DNA of 64,000 nucleotides, taken from the NCBI GenBank assembly GCA_963664705.1, contig OY761556.1:5120001-5184000 (forward strand), written 5' to 3'. Below are positions 56,733 through 64,000 of the stretch, one piece after another (the stretch's first letter is position 1; every line of letters starts with the position of its first letter). This DNA comes from Acidobacteriota bacterium. Its GTDB lineage: Bacteria > Acidobacteriota > UBA6911. The translations under genes and the position numbers were made by a program. The notes under the pieces were generated by a model that was not told the origin of the DNA, searched no databases, and worked only from the letters and a program-made list of their open reading frames with translations.

Positions 56733-57119
56733 TCACGAATGGCACAGAGGCTGTCCGATGAGCCTTTCCAGTTCGCTGCGCAAGCGTCCAAAATTGATCG
56801 GCTTGGTCAAAACGTCTTCGGCGCCTTCCTTCATCGCCGAAACCGCATCCTCCACGCTCGGATGCGCCGTAAATAGAATGACGGCTATCTCCGGATTTGA
56901 TCTTTTGAGCCGACGCAATAGAGTCAGTCCATCCAGCTTCGGCATGATGACATCCGATAACACCACGCTCGGCTCTCTCATCTTGGTTATCGATAATGCC
57001 TCTTCGCCATCTTCGGCAACCCAGACTCCGTAGCCCCAGGACTCGAGCGCCATCTTCATGACTTCGCGCGCAGAGTTTTCGTCGTCCACCAATAGGACGG
57101 TCTTTAGGGGGTTTAACAT
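56733..57119 (-). CDS. Single-domain response regulator
   Basis: LLVDD, SDVIMP, TAH, TKP. Confidence 0.9.
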   Translation of the reverse strand: MLNPLKTVLLVDDENSAREVMKMALESWGYGVWVAEDGEEALSITKMREPSVVLSDVIMPKLDGLTLLRRLKRSNPEIAVILFTAHPSVEDAVSAMKEGAEDVLTKPINFGRLRSELERLIGQPLCHS

Positions 57120-57182
57120 ATAGATTCCATTCCTGTCCTTATGGCAAGTCCTGCCGCTTCCGGCTGACCGCCTACTGCGTCG

Positions 57183-57198
57183 TGCAAGAGTTGTTCCA
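57183..57198 (-). promoter_or_regulatory. sigma54 -24/-12 promoter
   Basis: TGGAAC-AACTC-TTGCA upstream of 57119. Confidence 0.65.
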
Positions 57199-57471
57199 TC
57201 AAATAGAAAACTGTAACTGTAACCATTTAAAGTATTTATTCACAGCGGCCAAAACGGCCGCCCATCCGGGAAAGCGGGAATTATTCCTTGGGGAAAAAGC
57301 CTGGTGTTTTGTAAACAATTGTGGAAAAACGATTTATATCGCAACAGAGAAAAAAAGTAGGGAAAATCTCCCCTCCTGCCCCGGTTCCCGCTATACTTAC
57401 TGGTAAATGTATGGGACCGAATCCCCCCCCGCTTCGGGCACCCTATAAATAAGATTGGAGAATATACAGGC

Positions 57472-58839
57472 GTGAGCACCCGAAGCACGAAAATTCTAGT
57501 TGTTGATGACGAAGCCGCCATGAGGGAAGTCCTTGAAATGCGTCTTCAGGAATGGGGGTTCGAGGTTTGCCTGGCCGGGGATGGAGCGGAAGGCAAGGTA
57601 ATGGCGGAATCGTATGATCCGGACATCGTTATATCGGATGTCATCATGCCGCAGGTATCCGGCATGGAGCTGCTGCGCGCGCTCAAAGCCGGAGATCCCG
57701 ATCGTCCCATCATACTGGTGACCGCCCAGGCCAGTATTGACCTTGCGGTCGATGCCATGAAGCAGGGGGCGCAGGATTTTGTTACAAAGCCCATCGATTA
57801 TCCAAAATTAAGGCTGATCCTCCAGGCGGCCCAGCAGGAAATCGATATGCGGCGCGAGTCGCGACGGCTGGCATCCCAATTGGAGCGCGGCGCGGGTTTC
57901 GGGGATTTCATCGGAACCAGCAAAGCGATGCGGGAGGTATACGAGCTGATCTCGAGCATCGCGACCAGCGACGCCTCCGTGATCATTACGGGAGAAAGCG
58001 GAACCGGCAAGGAGCTCGCGGCACGAACGATCCACGATCTGAGCGCACGATCGAAGGGGCCGTTTATCGCCATCAATGCCGCGGCGATTCCGGAAAACCT
58101 GATGGAAAGCGAGATGTTCGGACATGAGCGCGGCGCTTTCACCGGGGCAACGGGGGTACAGGCGGGCTGTTTCGAACTGGCCAACCATGGAACGCTTTTC
58201 CTGGACGAGATTGCCGAGATGCCGATGCTGCTTCAGCCCAAACTGCTGCGCGTCCTGGAAGATCGGCGTGTCCGGCGAGTCGGGGGCAGCCAGGAATTCC
58301 TGGTGGATGTGCGTGTGCTCGCGGCTACGAACAAAGAACCGCGCGCCGCGGTTGAAAATGGAAAGCTGCGAGAGGATCTGTTTTATCGGCTGAATGTATT
58401 TACAGTTTCGCTCCCGCCGTTGCGCGATCGGAAGGCGGATATCTCCCTGTTGACTCAAGCTTTCATCCAGGAGTTCAATGCCAAACACACGGCTCCGGTG
58501 GAAGCGTGCCGGCCGGAAACCCTTGAGCTTCTGAAGGCCTACTCCTGGCCGGGCAATGTGCGCGAGCTTCGCAATGTGATGGAGCGGGCGGTTATCCTGG
58601 CAAAGGGACCCTGGATCGAGCCCTCGCATCTGCCGGCTTATTTGCTGAATTCACCCGCCGCGGAATCCGGATCCAGGATTGTGCTCCCGATGGGCGTGAC
58701 GGCGGCAGAGGCGGAGAAGGAATTGATTCTCCGGACACTCCGGCAGACGGGAAACAACAAGGCGGAAGCTGCCCGCCAGCTTGGACTGGATGTAAAAACC
58801 ATCCGGAATAAACTCAAAGCCTACGGCATTAACTTATAG
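57472..58839 (+). CDS. sigma54-dependent NtrC-family response regulator
   Basis: Receiver, [22 protein letters not shown], Fis HTH. Confidence 0.95.
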   Translation: MSTRSTKILVVDDEAAMREVLEMRLQEWGFEVCLAGDGAEGKVMAESYDPDIVISDVIMPQVSGMELLRALKAGDPDRPIILVTAQASIDLAVDAMKQGAQDFVTKPIDYPKLRLILQAAQQEIDMRRESRRLASQLERGAGFGDFIGTSKAMREVYELISSIATSDASVIITGESGTGKELAARTIHDLSARSKGPFIAINAAAIPENLMESEMFGHERGAFTGATGVQAGCFELANHGTLFLDEIAEMPMLLQPKLLRVLEDRRVRRVGGSQEFLVDVRVLAATNKEPRAAVENGKLREDLFYRLNVFTVSLPPLRDRKADISLLTQAFIQEFNAKHTAPVEACRPETLELLKAYSWPGNVRELRNVMERAVILAKGPWIEPSHLPAYLLNSPAAESGSRIVLPMGVTAAEAEKELILRTLRQTGNNKAEAARQLGLDVKTIRNKLKAYGINL

Positions 58840-58878
58840 TGCTTTTTCGCTGCTCGTTTATTTCGCGGCCCAACCTTC

Positions 58879-60414
58879 ATGAAGATTACGACACGAATCG
58901 TATCCGGATATGGATTGCTGATCGCCGTCCTCGCGGCACTGGTCACTTACCAGGTGATCACGGTGAGAAAAATGCAGGCGATCAGCACGACGCTCTCACA
59001 GGTTAATTTCCGGAATGCACTCTCCTGCCTGACCGCCAGAAGCGATCTGGAGTCTGTCCTGGACTTCACGCGCAAATCATTTGGATCGGATGATCCCCGC
59101 TTTGCCAGCAAGCTGGAAGACTTTCAGGATGCATTCCGAAGAAGCCTCATGGAGCTTCAGACGCATGCGACATCGGATGACGAGAAGGTGGAAGTAAAAA
59201 AGCTGTCTCAACAGTGGGATTCCTACCTGGTGGATATGTCGCTGCTCCTGAAAAGTCCGCCGGAGAAAAGCGCGATTCTCCCGGTCAACCTGCAGGAAGA
59301 TCTGGAGAACCTGCGGCTGCAGGTCAACACGGTCTATGAAACCACGCGGCGCGTGATGTCCACCAAAGTCGCGGAATCGAAGAAAGCCGCGGATACCGCC
59401 GTGCTGGTGCTATGGATCGCAACTTTTGTCGCGCTGGCGGTCAGCGTTCTGGTGACACTGCTGATTGTCCGCTCTATCTGGAAGCCGCTGGCCCATTTGA
59501 CGGAAGGGACTCGCGCCATCGCCGATGGAAAGTTCTTTTACCGCCTGGACACGACGCGTAACGACGAGTTCGCTCAGCTCGCGCGCGACTTTAATAAGAT
59601 GACGCTGCGCCTGAACGAGCTGGACGAATTAAAGAAGGATTTTGTTTCGCACGTTTCGCATGAATTGAAAGCGCCGCTCGCATCCATGCGCGAGACTATT
59701 CAGATCATGCTGGAGGAAATCCCCGGCCCGCTTACAGAAAAGCAGAAGCGTCTGCTCGAGTTGAATCTTCAAAGCGGGACACGGTTGACCGCGATGATCA
59801 CCAACCTCCTGGATCTCTCGAAAACGGAAGCGGGGGTAATGGAGTACGAGTTGAAACGCCAGGACCTGCTTGCGCTGGTCCGAAACGCGATTGCGGAGCT
59901 GGAGGTGCAGGCGCAGGAAAGGCACATTCAGATCAAGGCATCGCTTCCGGAAATGCCCTTACTGGTTGATTGTGACAATGACCGCATTGTCCAGGTGCTG
60001 CTGAACCTGATCGGGAATGCCGTGAAGTTTTCCCCAAAGAATTCCGCGATCGAAGTGACCGTACAGAATGTGCAGGACATCCCGGAACAAACGCCGGAGC
60101 GCTGGCGCCGCCTGATCCGCGGCAAAAGCGAATGCGGGTATTTCGGCCTGGTGACGATTACGGACTCCGGTCCGGGGATTCCGGATCCGGACAAGGAAAA
60201 GGTATTTGAAAAGTTTCACCAGGTAAAGCAGGGAAAGAAGATAGCAGGCCAAGGCGTGGGTTTGGGCCTGTCCATCAGCCGGACCATTGTGCAAGCGCAT
60301 CGGGGAGCTATTTGGGTGGAAAACAATCCGGGCGGGGGCTGCCGGTTCAAGGTTCTGCTGGGCGGCGGTGCAGGATTCGAAAACTCCGGGCCGAGTTCAT
60401 CCAAACCGCTTTAA
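58879..60414 (+). CDS. HAMP sensor histidine kinase
   Basis: 2 TM, HAMP, SHELKAPL, NAVKF, GxGLGL. Confidence 0.95.
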   Translation: MKITTRIVSGYGLLIAVLAALVTYQVITVRKMQAISTTLSQVNFRNALSCLTARSDLESVLDFTRKSFGSDDPRFASKLEDFQDAFRRSLMELQTHATSDDEKVEVKKLSQQWDSYLVDMSLLLKSPPEKSAILPVNLQEDLENLRLQVNTVYETTRRVMSTKVAESKKAADTAVLVLWIATFVALAVSVLVTLLIVRSIWKPLAHLTEGTRAIADGKFFYRLDTTRNDEFAQLARDFNKMTLRLNELDELKKDFVSHVSHELKAPLASMRETIQIMLEEIPGPLTEKQKRLLELNLQSGTRLTAMITNLLDLSKTEAGVMEYELKRQDLLALVRNAIAELEVQAQERHIQIKASLPEMPLLVDCDNDRIVQVLLNLIGNAVKFSPKNSAIEVTVQNVQDIPEQTPERWRRLIRGKSECGYFGLVTITDSGPGIPDPDKEKVFEKFHQVKQGKKIAGQGVGLGLSISRTIVQAHRGAIWVENNPGGGCRFKVLLGGGAGFENSGPSSSKPL

Positions 60415-60498
60415 TCTCAGGGCGGAGAAATCCATCTTGCACTGGCATTTGCGCGCCGGCGGGAACAAAATAATCCAGTCCTATATGAGGTGCGATTA

Positions 60499-61071
60499 AT
60501 GCGGAGGGTTTTCCTGTTCCTGATCTTGGCGACCCTGGCATCCTGGGGTTGCCACAAGAAGCCTGCGGTCATTATTCCGCCCGCAGCGCCGGCCAAGGTA
60601 AATCCGCCCGTACCCAAAGCGGTGACGCCGCCTCCTGCCATTCCGCTCGAGCCCGCTCCCATTGAGAAGACTCTGACCTCTCCACCCTCCAATCTGGAGT
60701 TGGGAGATATGAATTTTCAGCTCGGCAATTACCAGTTGGCGATGAGGGAGTATTCGGCTGCACTGAAAAACAATCCCAATGCCAAGAACCGCGATCGAAT
60801 ATTGTATCAGCTGGCGCTTTCCCGCGCATTGTCCGGAGATAGCAACCGAGACTGGCGCCTGGCTGAAATAACGCTCCGCCGCCTGGTTGCGGAATTTCCC
60901 AAAAGCGCCTACAAAGACCAGGCGGAGTTGATCCTTGGTCTGCAGGCCCAGATTGAAAGGCTGCGGACGGATGTTAAAGAGCGGGATGAAAAAATCAAGA
61001 AGCTCAATGAAGAGCTGCAGGTGCTGAAGGATATCGATTTGCAGCGCCGCCCATCGAGACCCAAAGAATGA
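60499..61071 (+). CDS. TPR lipoprotein with C-terminal coiled coil (QseG-like)
   Basis: Lipobox-like SWGC, Pro-rich linker, TPR, 'ELQVLKDID'. Confidence 0.7.
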   Translation: MRRVFLFLILATLASWGCHKKPAVIIPPAAPAKVNPPVPKAVTPPPAIPLEPAPIEKTLTSPPSNLELGDMNFQLGNYQLAMREYSAALKNNPNAKNRDRILYQLALSRALSGDSNRDWRLAEITLRRLVAEFPKSAYKDQAELILGLQAQIERLRTDVKERDEKIKKLNEELQVLKDIDLQRRPSRPKE

Positions 61072-61098
61072 TCCCGTTTACGAATGGCGAGTGAAGCC

Positions 61099-61395
61099 TT
61101 AGAGCTTTTCCTCGACGCTCTTTATCTTATCTTCGATGGTTTGCTCTCTATCTGTCCTGGTGCCCAGCCGAACCGTCGTGCTGATTCGAGGAACGCCCAT
61201 TTGATGCAGGGTTTCGTGGCACTCCTTTATGGCTCGCATCACGTCATCCCATTCACCCTCCACATTTGTTCCATAGCCATGGAGGTGGGTTTTAAGACCG
61301 GCTCTGATGAGGATTTTCTCGCAGACCGCAATATACGATCCAAGACTGACGCCTACACCGATGGGCACTACACAAAAGTCCACGATCACGTTCAT
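61099..61395 (-). CDS. MTH1187 family thiamine-binding protein
   Basis: VVPIG…HGYGTNVEGEWD…RTDR. Confidence 0.9.
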   Translation of the reverse strand: MNVIVDFCVVPIGVGVSLGSYIAVCEKILIRAGLKTHLHGYGTNVEGEWDDVMRAIKECHETLHQMGVPRISTTVRLGTRTDREQTIEDKIKSVEEKL

Positions 61396-61413
61396 CGCCA
61401 TCCCTCCGATCCA

Positions 61414-61465
61414 ATTCGCCATTCGCCATTCGCCATTCGTAATTCGTAAGTCGTAATTCGTAATT
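61414..61465. repeat. Heptamer tandem repeats (attcgcc/attcgta)
   Basis: About 7 units; inverted copy ttacgaatggcgag at ~61078. Confidence 0.8.
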
Positions 61466-61471
61466 TTAGCC

Positions 61472-62041
61472 CTAGTGCCCTCCCCACGTAAATGTCACCG
61501 CACCGGTTGCTTCGAATATATTGACTCCGCCCTGCCCTGCAATATCTGCCGTCCTCCATCCGCGGACATCAAAACGCAGACCGACCGGACCCGCCAGGCG
61601 GTTGAGCTTTATTCCTCCTCCGTAATTCCCTGCGAATGTGGCATCAAATGGGTTGATTCCCGCATTCCAGGGTTTGATCAAGCCGACGCCTCCCGTGACA
61701 TAGGGGACAAAGTGGCTTATCGGGATATTCACAACAAGGTTGCTGCTATAGAGCAATCCCCGAATGTCGGATGCCTGCATCGGAAAGAGATCGGAGCTGA
61801 GGAGCTTTGGACTGAATGCAATATTCTGCTCAAAGCCAAGAAATTTCAGAAAGTCGAATTCCGCCCGGGCCCCAAAAAGACTCGTACCCCTGAATTTAAG
61901 ACTCTCCTGAACATTGTTAACCGTCAGATCTCCAGGGTTCAGATACCCTGCAAAAAGCGAAAACTGTCCAGCAGCTTTTGCCTGGCTCGCGCAGCAAAGC
62001 AGCCCTGTGAAAAGAACGCACCCGACAAGAAACTTCTTCAT
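61472..62041 (-). CDS. Outer-membrane beta-barrel protein
   Basis: Signal peptide, PYVTGGVG, NYGGGIK, LRFDVR. Confidence 0.8.
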   Translation of the reverse strand: MKKFLVGCVLFTGLLCCASQAKAAGQFSLFAGYLNPGDLTVNNVQESLKFRGTSLFGARAEFDFLKFLGFEQNIAFSPKLLSSDLFPMQASDIRGLLYSSNLVVNIPISHFVPYVTGGVGLIKPWNAGINPFDATFAGNYGGGIKLNRLAGPVGLRFDVRGWRTADIAGQGGVNIFEATGAVTFTWGGH

Positions 62042-62214
62042 GTTGCCTCCCAAGAATACTGGAACAAATGATTCCTGGGGACCAGCCCGGCGTCAATTCG
62101 TACTAATACCCAGGAGCGTGTCCAGGAACGTCCTGATCCCACCCGGCCGGGAGGCGCAAATTTCGCGTAATTCGTGGTGGTTTGGCTGCGCGGATCGATA
62201 TAATCCATGCACGT

Positions 62215-63564
62215 ATGAATGACAGGATCGGATTGCCTTTATCGAAGGCTTTGCGGGTTTGCCGTGGCGATATCGTCTCCTTCGTGGGGGGAGGCGGAAA
62301 GACCAGCTCGATGTTCCGGCTCGCGTCAGAACTGTGCTCCGCGGGGAAGCGTGTGCTTACCACGACAACCACTCACATCAGTGTGGATCAATCCCGCATG
62401 GCTCCGGCATCGATCGGATTGGATGAACTCGACTCCATGCAAGCAAAGCTGGATCAGTTTGGCCATTGTCTGCTGATCGGACCTCCGGATGGAAAGGGGC
62501 GCGTCCTGGGGCCGCCAGCCTCCTGGATCGGATCGCTTCGCGAGCGGGCGGATATTGATGTTATCCTGGTCGAAGCCGACGGCAGCCGGTCGAGGCCATT
62601 CAAGGCGCCCGGCGGCCATGAGCCTGTGGTTCCGGAATCCACGACGATTCTGGTGCCTATCGCGGGGCTCAATGCACTCGAAACGCCCTTGGATGAAGAT
62701 CATGCGCACCGTTCCGAAATCATCGCATCGATCACGGGACAATCGCCTGGAAGCCCGATTACCACATCCACGCTGGCGGCGGTACTACCTCATCCACAGG
62801 GTGGAGCAAAGCAGCTTCCCGCCGGAGCCAGGCTGATACCGCTTCTGAACAAGGCGGACTCCGAAACCGATCTTTCCAATGGGCGGGATGTTGCCGGCCG
62901 GATGCTCGCCAATACTTCCGTCGACAGCGTGATCATCAGTGCCATGATTCAGGATCCGCCGGTGCGCGAAATCCACGGAAAGACCGCGGGGATCATTCTG
63001 GCGGCCGGCATGTCGACGCGCTTCGGCAGGACAAAGCAGACTTGCCCCTGGAAGGATACCAATTTTGCCGCGCGGGCAGCACAGGTGGCTCTGGATGCGG
63101 GACTTGATCCGGTGGTCCTGGTGGTTGGGTGGGATGCGGAAAATGTGAAGCAGGCGGTTGACGGTCTTCCGGTGCAGGTTGTTTTGAATCCCGAGTATGC
63201 CTCCGGACAAAGCGCATCCGTGCGCAGCGGGCTGGCAGCAATGCCTTCCCGAACGGCAGCGGCGCTTTTTCTCCTGGCCGACCAACCGCTGATTACTCCG
63301 GAAATCCTGAGAGATCTTGTGCAGGCACACCGGCAAACGGCTGCACCCGCCTGTGTCCCGGTATTTGAAGGGCGCCGCGGGAATCCCGTCCTCTTTGACA
63401 GGAGCCTTTTCGGCGAACTGCGGGAATTGACGGGAGACGCCGGCGGACGCGTCCTGCTGGAAAAATACGGGAATGCCATTGTTTCCGTTCCGGCCGATCG
63501 AGCGGTTCTGGTGGATATAGATACGCCTGAGGATTATACAAGTCTGGAGGACAGACCCTCCTGA
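62215..63564 (+). CDS. yqeC: YqeC selenium-cofactor protein fused to MocA-type nucleotidyltransferase
   Basis: GGGGKTS, TTTTH, VEADGS…KAP..HEP; ILAAGMSTRFG, LADQP, RGNPVLF, DIDTPEDY. Confidence 0.88.
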   Translation: MNDRIGLPLSKALRVCRGDIVSFVGGGGKTSSMFRLASELCSAGKRVLTTTTTHISVDQSRMAPASIGLDELDSMQAKLDQFGHCLLIGPPDGKGRVLGPPASWIGSLRERADIDVILVEADGSRSRPFKAPGGHEPVVPESTTILVPIAGLNALETPLDEDHAHRSEIIASITGQSPGSPITTSTLAAVLPHPQGGAKQLPAGARLIPLLNKADSETDLSNGRDVAGRMLANTSVDSVIISAMIQDPPVREIHGKTAGIILAAGMSTRFGRTKQTCPWKDTNFAARAAQVALDAGLDPVVLVVGWDAENVKQAVDGLPVQVVLNPEYASGQSASVRSGLAAMPSRTAAALFLLADQPLITPEILRDLVQAHRQTAAPACVPVFEGRRGNPVLFDRSLFGELRELTGDAGGRVLLEKYGNAIVSVPADRAVLVDIDTPEDYTSLEDRPS

Positions 63565-63598
63565 TTCGCATCGGGGACTCAAAACAAAGGGCTTGACG

Positions 63599-64000
63599 AT
63601 GACAAAGAACCTCACAATTTTTGAATGCCAGGGCTGCGGCTACAATTCCGCAAAATGGCTTGGGCGCTGCCCTGAATGCAGCAGTTGGAATTCTTTTGTT
63701 GAAGAAAGGCGGCCTAAGGGAGGAGATACGGCTGCCACTCGCAAAGGAGGATCCCAGGCGGTACGTCTGGGCGATGTCTCTACGGAAGAGGTCCCGCGCA
63801 TTGACACCCGGAACCCTGAATTCAACCGCGTCCTTGGCGGAGGCATCGTTCCCGGATCGCTGATCCTGCTTGGCGGAGAGCCGGGCGCCGGCAAATCGAC
63901 GCTTCTGCTTCAGATTGCCGGCAACCTCGAGGAGGAAGGCCGGCGGGTCCTATATATCTCAGGAGAGGAATCGGCCCAACAGATCAAGCTTCGGGCAGAC
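63599..64000 (+). CDS. radA: DNA repair protein RadA (5' part)
   Basis: Manual: FECQGCG…KWLGRCPECSSWNS, RVLGGG, GEPGAGKSTLLLQ, SGEES. Confidence 0.95.
   Translation, partial: MTKNLTIFECQGCGYNSAKWLGRCPECSSWNSFVEERRPKGGDTAATRKGGSQAVRLGDVSTEEVPRIDTRNPEFNRVLGGGIVPGSLILLGGEPGAGKSTLLLQIAGNLEEEGRRVLYISGEESAQQIKLRAD

Overview
Bacterial chromosomal window. Gene content suggests Acidobacteriota (inference). An intact tRNA-Leu(TAA) gene on the - strand (51100-51185) is an integration hotspot. Three displaced copies of its 3' half (at 11749, 6112 and 1377) delimit a tandem array of four elements: (1) an apparently complete ~39.35 kb siphovirus-like prophage (11749-51154) with tyrosine integrase, Xis, ParB, cro/cI switch, lysis, tail, head, lambda-type terminase/portal, cos and replication initiator; (2) a 5.6 kb integrase-less island (TetR plus two secreted hydrolases); (3) a 4.7 kb island with no site-specific integrase (DarP, YgiQ, IS remnants); (4) the right end of a further island (MarR, DUF2284). 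Host genes follow the tRNA: URO-D family protein, GH51, MFS, sirtuin, a sigma54 two-component cluster, YqeC-MocA and radA. Most notable observations: attP lies inside the phage's single lytic transcription direction, so integration separates the replication and late genes from the cro promoter; the integrase-less islands share a conserved ~330 bp non-coding head and arm-like repeats; a second tyrosine recombinase with a structured leader sits antisense within the tail-fibre cluster; the tail tip carries a thrombospondin C-terminal-like domain; and the late operon contains candidate structured cis-RNAs. All calls come from reading the sequence and recognising motifs. No database searches or folding programs were run.
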